DNA from: Octopus bimaculoides | Taxonomy: Eukaryota | Direction of reading: 5' to 3' | Assembly (NCBI RefSeq): GCF_001194135.2 | Contig: NC_068990.1 | Span: 61,443,252 to 61,507,251 of the forward strand | DNA: 64,000 nt | Shown: positions 1-12,574 of the stretch, one piece after another | How positions within the stretch are numbered: the first letter of the stretch is position 1 | Layout: each line of letters opens with the position of its first letter | Notes under the pieces: model-generated | The model's input: the letters and a program-made list of their open reading frames with translations, nothing else | The model's database searches: none | Told to the model about the DNA's origin: nothing | Position numbers and translations under genes: made by a program

Positions 1-1031
1 GTTCACTGATGAAAAGAAATTTGACATCAAATAGACAGCTTGAATGAAAGAACTTGCAGAAGATGGCTTGCAAAATTCAGAAGTAGAGATTTCAGCCTTG
101 AAGATGAAGATTAAACAGGACGTCCAGTTGAGTCTGATGATAAGCTCCTTGAGGCATTACTTGAAGAAAATCCTGCATTATCAGTTGAAGAATTGGCAAT
201 AAAGCTTAGTTCAAACCATACAACTGTTCTTCATCATCTTCAACAACTTGGAAAGGTTCCTAAACTTGGAAAATGGGTGCCTCATTAATTGTCCAAAAGG
301 AACCGCAAATCCCGAGTTGGCATCTGCTCTTCTCTCTATTCTCGCAAACTTATTTCACCCTTTTGGATAGACTTGTGACTGGTGACAAAAAATGGATCTT
401 CTATTGAAATGTTAAACATCGTAAACAGTGGCTTGGTAAAAAGAAAAAAGTTCAACCACAACCGAAAAGGGAACTTCATGGAAAAAAGGTTCTTCTCTCT
501 ATCTGGTGGGATTGCAAAGGAGTAATTTACTTTGAATTGTTACCACCTAATGCAACAATCAATGCTCAAGTCTACTGTCAGCACTCAGAGCATTTGAACC
601 AAGCTTTGAAGAAAAAAAAACCCGCTTTAGTGAATCGAAAAAGAGTGATGTTTCATCAGGACAATGCGCAACCCCACACTGCAAAGATCACATCACAAAA
701 GATCGAAGAGCTTGGTTGGGAAAAATTTCCTCATCCACCTTAATCTCCTGACCTTGCTCCTTCAGACTACCATTTGTTTCATAGTTTAGAGAATCATTTG
801 GGGAACATAACTTTTGCAAGCCAGGTGGAGGTCGAAACTGACATTTCAGAGTTCTTCCCCTTGAGACCAAAAAAGTTTTACATTGATGGGATTAAAAAGC
901 TTGTAAACAGATGGAAGGAAGTCATAGATAATCAGGGAAAGTACATTGATGATTAAATTTCAATTAAATATAACATTTGATCACTTGTTTTCTTTATTCA
1001 AAATTCAGACAGAATTTGTGGGATGCCCTGA
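1..1031 (+). mobile_element. mariner (DD34D) transposon, degraded transposase and 3' TIR; 5' end lies outside the window
   Basis: Frameshifted translation shows KWVPH, VTGDKKWIFY, HQDNAQPH...HPP*SPDLAPSDYHLF (34 residues between the 2nd and 3rd D) and a C-terminus ending KYIDD* at 956. The end CAGACAGAATTTGTGGGATGCCCTGA is followed by TA at 1032-1033. Confidence 0.93.
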
Positions 1032-1260
1032 TAGTTGGAAGGCCCCCATCATCCAGCTCTTACAACAGTTATGCATTTAAAGTGTGCAGGTGAATGGGTA
1101 TGAAAAAGAATGTATGAATATGGCAGATAGAACGTGTTGATATTTGTGTTGGTGTATGTAAAGAACAGGCATAAAAAATTAGAATGTAAAACCAAAAGAA
1201 ATGCAATGTAAACGAATGAAAGTAAAACGAGAAATATGAACTGTGCAATATATACCCACA

Positions 1261-1311
<51 letters not shown>

Positions 1312-1989
1312 AATCATCATCATTAGCAGCAGCAGCATTTAATGTCCATTTTCCATGCTGGCATGGGTTGGACAGTTTGACAGGAGCTGGTAAGCAAGAG
1401 AACTGCACCAGGCTCCAATTGTCTGTTTTGGCAGGGTTTCTATGGCTGGATGCCCTTCCTAACACCAACAGCTTTCCAGAATGTGTTGGATACTTTTACA
1501 TGACACTAGTATGGGTGCTTTTTTATGTGGTACTAGCACCTGCAAACCTGCAAGACTAGGAATGCTCAGCTGATGAAGGAAATGGGTACTGAAATGGAAA
1601 ACCTCAAAACCATGTGATAAGTTTAGGAAAAGTTCATATAAACATGTGTGCATGTGGAATCAAGGTGTAAATAATTGATTCTAGAATGCAAGATGCAAGT
1701 GGTGTGTCTCTTTTCAAGCTGTTTTCCTTAATTTGGTCACTGCATCTGCTACCCTGAACTGGAAAGTATCCAAATTAGTCTTGTGGAACCCACTTCATGG
1801 TGATGTAAGAAGAGAACATCATCATATGTACATCGACAACTCGATCACAGACAGGACCTTGAGGTAGTGATATTGGACTTTGAGGTGTGGCAAATGGACT
1901 CTGTTGCTGTGGCCTGGGTTGGAACCCAGTCATAATAATAATAACAGGCATCCATATTTTTGGCAGTGTGATCCTTAAAGCTGTGAAGC

Positions 1990-2345
1990 AATTGTTTGAG
2001 TGCTGGACATAAGAATTATGACTCAACAATTTGGGGAGAAGCTGAGTTTAAATGAATCGTGTAGGATCTGTTGTCTTAGTAAAAGAGAATCAAAATGGAG
2101 GCAAGATATAAGTAAGCATGAAATTGTAAAGCCATTGACCAGAAGAATGCAGGAGAAATGATAGCATTAATATAGACATGTGATATGAATGGATAATTAA
2201 TGTAGCAGGAAATGTGCTGGATGCTGGCAGTGGAATGCACTCAAGACAAAGTGATGAAGTTACATCTCAAAATGCTTGGCCTCACTGGTGAAACTGTAAG
2301 AAATCTTAATATACTGCACTGTAGACGACCTATTCAACCCATGTT
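1990..2345 (+). mobile_element. possible BEL/Pao integrase C-terminal remnant
   Basis: Degraded translation CWT*EL*LNNL...RVGSVVLVKEN...GLTGETVRN...RRPIQ resembles the BEL/Pao integrase tail (W..EYL..L, VGDVVLVKE, RPIQ). Many stops. Confidence 0.3.
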
Positions 2346-2787
2346 AGCATCATATTCTGGATGATGTAATTGTTTTTGAGAATAAAATTCCACAAATCAG
2401 TTCCAAATAAGATGTCCCTTAATAGTGTGAAAACAAAACAAAAGATTGCTAAATATTAAATGTTGGAATTGATGTTAACATTGAAAATATCAAATTTTCC
2501 TCAAATGTCAATATGTTGGGTGACAAATATCATAGAACATTTAAATGCCACAAGTTGAAGTGGTGATTTATAAATGTAGTGGAGAAGGCTTTATAGACAG
2601 GAAGTGGGAGATAAAGACAAAGCAAGCACCAATAAAGACAATTGTTTATGAGAAGAGAAAATATTTTCAAATTGTTTCTTTAACGCTGATATAGCGATTT
2701 ATTTTCAGTTTTTCTTTGTTTTCTTTTTACATGTTGTTATGAGTGAAATAGTTTGTTGGGTCCTTTATCAAAATCTTTTATTGTATC

Positions 2788-3201
2788 TTTTATCTTTCGC
2801 TTGTTTTAGTCATTAGACTGTGACCATGCTGGAACACTACCTTAAAGAATGTTTTTAGTCCAACAAATTGACCGCAACACTTATTATCTTTGAAGTATTT
2901 ATTCTATCAGTCTCTTTTGCTGAATCCTTAAGTCATGGGGATGTAAACACATCAACACCAGCTGTCAAGCAGTGGTGGTGGTGGGGGAACAAGCACAGAC
3001 ACAATCACACACACACACACACACACACATACACATGATGAACTTCTTTCAGTTTCCGTCTACCAAATCCATTTACAAGGCTTTGGTTTGCCCAAGGTTA
3101 TAGTAGAAGACACCTGCCCAAGGTGTCACGCAGTGGGACTGAACCCAGAACCATATCTTTGGAAAGCAAACTTCTTTCCACACAACCACTCTTGTGCCTA
3201 T
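2788..3201 (-). mobile_element. SINE family A (tRNA head + body + internal CA/TA microsatellite + tail)
   Basis: Reverse complement matches the copy at 10222-10645 (B-box-like GGTTCAGTCCC, CTTGGGCA, GTAGACGGAAACTGAAAGAAG). Confidence 0.88.
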
Positions 3202-3778
3202 CTGGACCATTACTTAATACCAAGTTAGAGGACTTTATTAATAAGTATCTTCCCCTTAATAGATGCTCAACCTTGAATTCAGAGCAAATATTTTGATCAG
3301 AAAGACATACGTTTCTTCACTAGGAGACTGACACAATGGTTATAATGTTTTAGACTAATGATCATCATTTAGTGTCAAATCCCTTTAATGATTACAACTT
3401 TAACCAGATTGCTTCAGAGTTTCAAATAATTTTCAATATAATTAAGATTTTGGAGGGTCTTAGTAAAACATCTCTAACTTTATATATTGGTATAGTATGC
3501 TGGCATTGATTAACTTGAATATTTTACAATATTATTTATGTTAAAGTAAGACGTTTTTTTTTTAGAGAGATCTTAATTCAAGTATAAACAATTTTTTGCT
3601 GACAGTCTCAGACAATTTTCCTGTGACGCATACTATGTTTTATGTTTCCATACTTGTTTCAGAAGAATTTTGTAAATAGATTTGTATTAATCAAACTTAT
3701 TACAATACTAGAGTCTGTCTTTTGGTTAATGTTAAATAATTATGTTATCATAAGTGACTAAACCAGTTTTCTGAATAT

Positions 3779-3900
3779 CACAACTATAATAGTTCACTAC
3801 ATGGCACCATTATAGCACTTCTCTATATACCACAACTATAATAGTTCACTATATAAGACCACTATAGCAGTTCTCTTTATACCTCAACTATAATAGTTCC
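3779..3900. repeat. 52-bp minisatellite, about 2.3 copies
   Basis: CAACTATAATAGTTC recurs at 3781, 3833 and 3885. Confidence 0.85.
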
Positions 3901-3904
3901 TTAC

Positions 3905-4345
3905 ATATCAGAATTTTATTACTTCCAGCTCTTTGCATACAACTTTCTTTCCATTCTATACATAAGAGCACTATATCTTTTCTCTACCAAGGATATATCA
4001 TTTGTGTAGATGAAGTCGTCATCAGCTTTATCTCGTATCCATGAATTTAGTTTCTTCTTTGCTGAGTGCTTCCTTTATGGTGATGGTGTTGATGACTATG
4101 TAGACCAATTCTTGCATGGAGGAGTCAACGGCATTAACTTCATGGTAATGTTGGTGGAGGACAACATTGATTTTGCTGAGCCTTTCTTTCCTGTCGTTTG
4201 ATTTCTTCCTTTTCTCTTCTAGTGGTTTTGAAATTTTTGGTTTTGATGGTGATGGAACACTGCCACTTGATAAGGTCTTATGTTTGTGTTTCAAATGATT
4301 TAGGCTCAAGTGTAGTGGCTTTCAGTGTAGTTTTAAGTTGGTCTT
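3905..4345 (-). pseudogene. unidentified degraded coding remnant
   Basis: Two frames give protein-like text (SSGSVPSPSKPKISKPLEEKRKK; KKKLNSWIRDKADDDFIYTNDISLVEKRYSALMYRMERKLYAKSWK*) broken by stops and frameshifts. Confidence 0.4.
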
Positions 4346-4399
4346 TGTATAAAAATGTATAAATATTGATAATTAAATGAAAAAATATAAATGATTTCC

Positions 4400-4626
4400 A
4401 CGTGGCTGTTGCCAGTACCGCCTGACTGGCCTTCATGCCGGTGGCACGTAAAAGCACCCACTACACTCTCGGAGTGGTTGGCGTTAGGGAGGGCATCCAG
4501 CTGTAGAAACTCTGCCAAATCAGATTGGAGCCTGGTGTAGCCACCTGGTCCACCAGTCCTCAGTCAAATCGTCCAACCCATGCTAGCATGGAAAGCGGAC
4601 GTTAAACGATGATGATGATGATGATG
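4400..4626 (+). mobile_element. RTE-LINE 3' tail copy ending in (ATG)n
   Basis: Contains GGTGGCACGTAAAAGCACC...GGTTGGCGTTAGG(G)AGGGCATCCAGCTGTAGAAAC...GGACGTTAAACGATGATG, the same sequence as the 3' UTR of the LINE at 29650-31811. Confidence 0.9.
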
Positions 4627-4870
4627 AATTCTTTGTAAAACATTTTCCAAGGAGCCTGGCAAATGACTATGATTTTAATGTTAGTTAGGTATATTATGCG
4701 TTGTTTTTTAAGTTCAATGCATACATTAATGATTAAAGCTATTAGGACCATGAATTTAATTTCATGACACATAAAATTTAGTTGAAATGGAAGCAGAAAT
4801 TAAACTGCCTCCATAAGTGTGTGTACAATTGTGTATGCTTCATCGTGTATATTTCCACATACCTCCATTA

Positions 4871-5091
4871 TGAGGGGGTACTGAAAAGTTCCTGGTTTTG
4901 AGTAAAAGAAAATACAGGAAGATCAGTTAATTTTGATTTTATTCAACATATTCCCTTCTTCGATTCACACACTTATAGCAGTGATCCTTCGGTTCTTCTA
5001 AGCCCTGTACAAGAACTCAGAAGGTTGGGTCTCCAACCAGGCCTTTTATGATACCCTTAAAGCCAGGAACTTTTCAGCACCTGCACCCTTG
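4871..5091. mobile_element. mariner-type MITE
   Basis: Termini GAGGGGGTACTGAAAAGTTCCTGG and CCAGGAACTTTTCAGCAC...CTTG are inverted repeats, with TA at 4869-4870 and 5092-5093. Confidence 0.8.
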
Positions 5092-5840
5092 TATAATAGT
5101 TTCGAACATAACATTACACATACAAGTTTTCTACATTATACATTATAACAATTCTTCTTGGTACTGTTTGCAGACAGGTATTTTAAAATTTTGTTTTTCC
5201 TTATTTAATCAAAGACAAAAAATAAATAAATAAAAAAGGAAAAAAATCAATGTTGAAGATTAAATATCTCAACTAAATATTTTCTTTTATCACTAGATAC
5301 CTCATACAAGCACCAGCTTGTGTATTTTTGAAAGAGGGTAAGAGTAATAAGACATATTTTGGCACAATTTGATCTAATAACATGAGACATGAGAGCTATC
5401 ACCTAAGCATTTTTGTTATATAGAATCTGTTTTTTTTTTTCTCAAGAGATATCCCTGAGATCGTTGCTGGATGACAAAATAGTTTTGATGTTTGCAAAAG
5501 CAGGCAAGGGAATGACTTGTGAGTGCTGTCTTCTCATCAAGATTTATTGTAAAATTGATGGCCATGTAGAACAGACTCTTAGAATTACTAAATATTTGTA
5601 TTACCGACCTTGAAGAAGAATATTTTTATTACAAAAACCGTTTGACTAAGAACTGTCTTCTAAAAATGGAACCCAAAGAAGAACTATTGACATTTCAAGA
5701 AATAGAAAATGGAAAAAAAGAATTAGGAAAGACAGAAAAAAATCTTTCCACACATACAGACATATGAGTGCTTAAATAAAGTCATATGGAAAATTCTGTG
5801 CAGGAATACACATGCAAACACACACACACACATGCACATG

Positions 5841-5883
<43 letters not shown>

Positions 5884-6042
5884 ACGCATATATGCTTGTA
5901 CACACACACACATATATATGCATGTACATACACACACATGCACACATTTGCACAGATGTATATATACATGCACACACACATCTACATGCACGTACATTCA
6001 TACACACATACATATATACACATATACATATACATGAAAGTG

Positions 6043-6372
6043 CATGGCTCAGTGGTCAGACCATCAGGCTCACAATCATGAGGTAGTGAGTTCGATTCCT
6101 GGACCAGGCTGTGTGTTATGTTCTTGAGCAAGACACTTTATTTCACATTGCTCCAGTTCATTCAGTCATAGAAATGATTCGCGATGTGACCAGTGCCAAG
6201 CTGTACTCGCTTTGCCTCACTCTTTAATAACATCGGTCATATGGAGAGAGGAGGCTGGTTTGCATGGACGACTGCTGGTCTTCCATAAACAACCTTGCCT
6301 GGACTTGTGCCTCAGAGATTAACTTTCTAGGTGCAATCCTATGGTCATTCATTACCGAAGGGGGTCTTTATC
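6043..6372 (+). mobile_element. SINE family C (tRNA-derived)
   Basis: A box TGGCTCAGTGG, B box GAGTTCGATTCC, then GTTCTTGAGCAAGACACTT. Other copies at 15280-15520 (-) and 51700-51925 (-). Confidence 0.85.
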
Positions 6373-6677
6373 CTTTACCGTTTACATATACATCAACATA
6401 ATCGATTTAACATCCACCTTCCCATGCCTGGGTGGATTGGACAGAATTTGTTGTTTGGAGCAGATTTTCTACAGCCAGATTCCATCCTTTTCTGTCACTA
6501 ACTCTCACTTGTTTCCAACAAAAGTAATAATTCCTCATGGCCATATATGCTTCGGTGAAAAACTAGAAATGTATGACATTATAGGTGTGATGGTGAAATA
6601 CATTTAGAACTGTCATGTGATGTCAAAACAAGGACACACATGCATACACATACATACATTAATACATACATTCATAC

Positions 6678-6712
<35 letters not shown>

Positions 6713-6789
6713 ATATATAATATACATAATCATCATAATATAAGATCCGTTTTCCATATTGGCGTGTGTTGGACACAAAATATTTACAA

Positions 6790-7092
<303 letters not shown>

Positions 7093-7750
7093 GACTTTCT
7101 GGAAGAACACAATCTGCAACGTGTTTCAGCAGACAATCCAGAAGTAGCCTGCATAAAACCTTTCCTAAAACAGAAAGCAATGATATTCCCCTATAGTTAC
7201 CACAATCATTCCTGTTGCCCTTTCCCTTATATAAGACCACCATTACTGTATCTCTCTAGTCCTTGGGTACAGATTCACTATCCCATATCCTGCCAAACAA
7301 GGAGTGAAGTTGCTGCAGAAGTTTCTCACCACCATGCTGCAACAACTTTGCATGAATGCCATCCATACCCGGAGACCTTCCATTATTCAACCTTGAGACA
7401 GCTACTGCAACTTCTTCCAGCATTGGTGGTTTTGCGAGAGCCGCCTTCACGGGTAACTCAGGAATGAGATTGAGAATATCCTCACTAACTACTGACTGCT
7501 GATTCAAAAGTCCATCAAAATGTTCTCGCCACCTTCACAGAATTCCTTGTGAATCATGAAGAAGTTCTTTATCATCCTTGCTTCGAAGTGGTGTCATCAG
7601 AGAAGAAGTCGGGCCATAAACTTCTCGCAAGAGACCATATAACAGCTTTGTGTTATTGGAATCTGACGCTGCCTTATCTCATCAGGCTTCTTACTCCACC
7701 ACGTATCCCTCATCTGAGAGAGCCTCCACCTCACACGTGATTTTACATCC
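7093..7750 (-). mobile_element. RTE-clade (BovB-like) LINE ORF2 fragment
   Basis: Translations RWREHFDGLLN, NGRSPGMDGIHAKLLQHGG and VVLYKGKGNRNDCGNYRGISLLSVLGKV (pre-RT to RT domain 1). Confidence 0.92.
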
Positions 7751-8149
7751 TTGAGTTCCCTATGTAACACATACTCACATGCATATACATACAGTTTCGT
7801 GTGTGCATACACACACGCATATATATGTAGGGAGAAATACAACCTCACACACACTCACACAGATGGATAGGGGGAAGAGTGTGCGTACTTGTCCATATAT
7901 GTGAGTGTGTATATATAATATACATATGTATATGGATGTGCAGATGACATTATTGGTGTGATGGTGAAACACATTTAGAACTGTCATGTGATGTCAAAAC
8001 AAGGACACACATGCATACACATACATACATAAATACATACATACATACATACACACACACACATACATATATATATAATATATAATATACATAATCATCA
8101 TAATTTAAGATATATATATATGTATATATATATATGGGAGAATATACAA

Positions 8150-8314
8150 AAAATAACAACAGACGAGGACAGGTGGTGTAAATAACAAAAGTATATATTA
8201 GTATGACGCTCGGGAATACGGAAAGTCTTTGACGTTTCGAGCTACGCTCTTCAACAGAAAGAATACGGAGACAAGGAGAAAAACACGGAGAAAAAAAATT
8301 GAATAGTGTTCAGT
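8150..8314 (-). mobile_element. Penelope-pLTR-like repeat with a minimal hammerhead-like motif
   Basis: Minus strand reads TCTTT CTGTTGA A GAG-CGTAG-CTC GAAA CG TC AAAGA. A more decayed copy is at ~48300-48430. Confidence 0.5.
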
Positions 8315-8555
8315 CNNNNNNNNNNNNNNNNNNNNNNNNNNNNNNNNNNNNNNNNNNNNNNNNNNNNNNNNNNNNNNNNNNNNNNNNNNNNNNNNNNNNN
8401 NNNNNNNNNNNNNNNNNNNNNNNNNNNNNTATATATAAATAGATAGATAGATAGATAGATAGATATGGTGTAGCCACCTGGTCCACCAGTCCTCAGTCAA
8501 ATCGTCCAACCCATGCTAGCATGGATAGCGGACGTTAAATGACAATGATGATGAT

Positions 8556-8606
<51 letters not shown>

Positions 8607-8641
8607 GTGTGTATATATGTATATGTATGCGTGTGTGAATG

Positions 8642-8678
<37 letters not shown>

Positions 8679-9295
8679 ACATGCTTGTGTGTGTGTATGC
8701 CTGTATATGTCCAAGCGTTGAATCTTAAAGACCAGCTAAAATCAATCGCATGTGTAACCAGCCATGAACAACAAATCAGCAGTACAAAGAAATAAAATAC
8801 CAATCCCTTTAAAATGGCAACTTTTTTACTAGTACCAGAATCACCACCCCACTACATCTACACATTCAAAGCAGTCTGCCAGTGGCCCTTTAGCAACAAA
8901 ACACCCTGATAAGCTAAGTGACTACTACTAAATTTAAGCCTTGACAGATAGATAGGATGTTCTTGAAGCTGAGGATTTTAAACTTACAGAGACAATATTT
9001 ACATAACGCCTGAGGAAACACAACTAGATCTCATAATGCAGGGAAACAGCTGCATAATCAAGTACCTGCATGCCTGGAGAACTACACTGCATAGAAACAA
9101 TTGTAGTGATTGAAAATAAATGTCCAACCGCACCCCTTCTTGTTGACTCCAGTTTCTTCAGTTACCTATTCACATACAACAGTATGTATAATACTACTAC
9201 TGGATAGCACAGTGTAAATCTGAAGATGGACGAGCTCTGTTCTGTTCTCTACTACAGAACATACCATAACTATATATTTAGAGAGAGATAGAAAT

Positions 9296-9692
9296 GGCAA
9301 GTTTCTTTCAGTTTCCATCCACCAAATCCAAACTCACAAAGATTTGGTCAGCTCAAGGCTGTAGCAGAAGATACTTGTAAGGCGGTAAGCTGGCAGAAAT
9401 GTTAGCACGCTGGGCGAAATGCTTAGCAGTATTTCATCTGTCTTTATGTTCTGAGTTCAAATTCCGCTAAGGTCAACTTTGCCTTTCATCCTTTCGGGGT
9501 CGATAAATTAAGTACCAGTTACGCATTGGGGTCAATGTAATCGACTTAATTCCTTTGTCTGTCCTTGTTTGTCCCCTCTATGTTTAGCCTTTTGTGGGCA
9601 ATAAAGAAATAAGAAGATACTTGCTGAAGGTGCTGTGCAGTGGGAATGAACCTGGAACCATGGGGTTGGGAGGCAAGCCTCTTACCACCCAG
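9296..9692 (-). mobile_element. SINE A half interrupted by a nested SINE B
   Basis: The SINE A body resumes on either side of 9378-9611. Confidence 0.8.
9378..9611 (+). mobile_element. SINE family B inserted into SINE A
   Basis: GGCGGTAAGCTGGCAGAAATGTTAGC...TTCATCCTTTCGGGGTCGATAAATTAAGTACC, flanked by a 12-bp TSD AGAAGATACTTG (9366-9377 and 9612-9623). Confidence 0.9.
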
Positions 9693-10221
9693 CACTTTTC
9701 CTGTAGGAAATTCAAGAGGAGGCATCATGAATTTGCTCAGGGATATCCACTGGATGAAAACTAGAGAGCAACGGACACTCTCCCACTGATATTCCCAGCT
9801 TGTCACCAACCGTTGTTGTTATCTTCCACGTTTGTTGCTCAAAACACCATTCATCATCCAAGACATTTTATGTTTGAAAATTATTCATAAACCGAATTGT
9901 TGATGATGAGAAGCATCCATAAACCGAAGTTCCAATGAATATGTGATAGGCTTCCACACAGTTTCTGTCTACCAAATTCACTTAAAAGGTATTGGTCAAC
10001 CCATGAGGCTTGCCAAAGATGCCATGCTATTGGACTCAATCTGAGACTAAGTGGTTGCAAAATAAATTTTATGAGCATACAACCACTCCTGCATAGAAGT
10101 CTGGTGGTGATTGTTTGTGAGATGTAAAATGATGTGTGTGTGTGTGTGTGTGTGTCCGTGTGTGTACGTCCATGAGTAATTGTGAGGGAGGTGGTGTGGA
10201 AGCATGCATGTGAGGCTGTAT

Positions 10222-10645
10222 GAGTGGCTGTGTGGTAAGAAGCTTGCTTACCAACCACATGGTTCCGGGTTCAGTCCCACTGCGTGGCACCTTGGGCAAG
10301 TGTCTTCTGCTATAGCCTTGGGCCAACCAAAGCCTTGTGAGTGGATTTGGTAGACAGAAACTGAAAGAAGCCCATCGTATATATGTATATATATATGTGT
10401 GTGTGTGTGTGTATGTTTGTGCATGTATGTTTGTGTGTGTGTGTTTGTTCCCCCCCCCCCAACATCGCTTAACAACCGATGCTGGTGTGTTTACATCCCC
10501 GTAACTTAGTGGTTCGGCAAAAGAGACCAATAGAATAAGTACTAGGCTTACAAAGAATAAGTCCTGGGGTCGATTTGCTCGACTAACGGCGGTGCTCCAG
10601 CATGGCCACAGTCAAATGACTGAAACAAGTAAAAGAGTAAAAGAG
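10222..10645 (+). mobile_element. SINE family A, near full length
   Basis: tRNA-like head GAGTGGCTGTGTGGTAAG...GGTTCAGTCCC, internal (TA/TG)n, tail GACTGAAACAAGTAAAAGAGTAAAAGAG. Further copies or fragments at ~11860-12250, 15645-15850, 16135-16520, 18960-19350, 21700-21850, 22390-22680, 25085-25435, 27063-27215, 38020-38200, 38530-38680, 43795-43890, 44590-44810, 60360-60470 and 60910-61080. Confidence 0.92.
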
Positions 10646-10939
10646 ATATGTATGTATGTGTGGTGTGTGTCTGTAAAAGTGTTAAGGAATCACTATAAAA
10701 TAGCATGTACAAAGTGGAAGATATCTGTTTGTGTTTGTGCATAAACAACAGCAAGTATGGCTTGGGATATGTTTTCCAGATATGGAGCTGTGAAGTTAAC
10801 ACTGAAGGGTTAAAACAGTTCAAAACTCTAAAAATTGAATATGAGATTAAAGTCAAATAATGCTCAAGATGATAATTTTCCAAGACAAGATGAAAATCTA
10901 AGAAGGTGATAAAAATTTACAAAAAAGATAAATACTGAA

Positions 10940-11085
10940 GATGCTGGTACTCACTCAACTGGTACTTATTTTATTTAACCCCAGAAGGATGAAAGACAAA
11001 GCTGACCTCAGTGGAATTTGAACTCAGAATGTAAGAATAGATGAAATTTTGCCCAGCATGCTATATTTTCTGCCAGCTTGTCAAC
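10940..11085 (-). mobile_element. SINE B fragment
   Basis: Reverse complement contains AAGCTGGCAGAAA...GAGTTCAAATTCC...TTCATCCTTCTGGGG. Confidence 0.7.
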
Positions 11086-11860
11086 TAATGTGCTGCAACT
11101 GCTTCTGGTTTTGTGAATCTTGGTGGGTTTTTTTCCTTTTTTTTCCTTTTTTTTTTTGTTGGAGTACTCATAGCGGAGTGCTGGAAACTTTCTTGCAATG
11201 AGTTTTGTATTGTATTTAACACATCCATATAAGACATTGAAGCCTCCTGTGGATTTTCAATAGATTCGATGACTTTTACTGCTTTTGATACCACATTATC
11301 ATACACACAGCATACGAGGGTGAAAGATAAGTTTGTTAGAGCTATTACAAAGAATAATTTCTTTCAGATAGTCTCTTGTAACATCCTGTTCTGGATAATT
11401 GACTATTCAGTGACAGCTCCGTCAGCTGCGGCAAATTGACATCTGTCCTTTAGGAAGTTATAAAGCTACTCTTCTAATTTACCCACTATACTGAGGTCAC
11501 GAAATTTGCGGTATAATCTTCTGTAATCAATATTAGCAGAAGCCATTGCAGACTCTTAATATATCACATCTCCATTTGATTGGTTAAAAAAAAACTGATT
11601 TTGCATCCTGTCATGATGCTCCAGCCACTGCATAAGGTAGCTTCTGCTTGGGCAACAATGATTTGAACATGATCAAGATTTTATATCCAATTTCTCCCAG
11701 ATGATTTGCTCTATGACCTTGTTGATATATGATTGCAGATATACAAGCCTGCAAATTTTGGCATCTGTTCTACATACTTCTCAATAGACAGAGTGTATTA
11801 AGTCAGTAAATAAGAATTCAGTTCAAATCGATTTACACTGATTCTAGTTTGGAGAGGCTT
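11085..11860 (-). pseudogene. unidentified intronless degraded coding sequence (~250 codons)
   Basis: Stitched frames: YLQSYINKVIEQIIWEKLDIK...YLMQWLEHHDRMQNQFFFNQSNGDVIY*ESAMASANIDYRRLYRKFRDLSIVGKLEE*LYNFLKDRCQF...QDVTRDYLKEIILCNSSNKLIFHPRML/YDNVVSKAVKVIESIENPQ...PTKKKRKKK. Confidence 0.5.
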
Positions 11861-12075
11861 TCTCTTTTACTTCTTATCTGTTACTTGTTTCAGTCATTCG
11901 ACTGTGGCCATACTGGGGCACTGCCTTGAAGAATATATTTTTAGATGAATTAATCAATCCCATTTCTGTTATAAGCTTGGGACTTATTCTTTCAGTCTCT
12001 ATTCCTGAACCACCAAGTTACAACACCAGTTGTTAAACAGTGGTAGGGCACAAACACACATGTGCACGCATGCAC

Positions 12076-12122
<47 letters not shown>

Positions 12123-12574
12123 AGGCTTCTTTCACTTTCCATCAGCCAAATCCATTCATAAAAGTAGGGGACAAACACAGACACAAAGACACAAAGACAC
12201 ACACACACACACACACTCACATGATGGGCTTCTTTCAGTTTCTTATTTCTTTATTGCCCACAAGGGGCTAAACATAGAGGGGACAGACAAAGGGATTAAG
12301 TTGATTACATCGACCCCAGTGCGTAACTAGTACTTAATTTATCGACCCTGAAAGGATGAAATNNNNNNNNNNNNNNNNNNNNNNNNNNNNNNNNNNNNNN
12401 NNNNNGACACACACACACACACACACTCACATGATGGGCTTCTTTCAGTTTCTTATTTCTTTATTGCCCACAAGGGGCTAAACATAGAGGGGACAGACAA
12501 AGGGATTAAGTTGATTACATCGACCCCAGTGCGTAACTAGTACTTAATTTATCGACCCTGAAAGGATGAAATGT

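Noticed and set aside
5450-5740. Protein-like text LLELLNICITDLEEEYFYYKNRL...
   Set aside because: It is short, bounded by stops and has no recognisable motif, which is insufficient to call.
5723-6086. Many track ORFs rich in CV/HT/YI/M/D/S repeats, here and throughout the window
   Set aside because: They are translations of (CA)n, (TA)n, (TACA)n and (ATG)n microsatellites, not genes.
6043-6115. tRNA-like sequences with A and B boxes (also at 10222 and 32225)
   Set aside because: They are SINE heads that continue into SINE bodies and lack a complete cloverleaf, so no tRNA gene is called.
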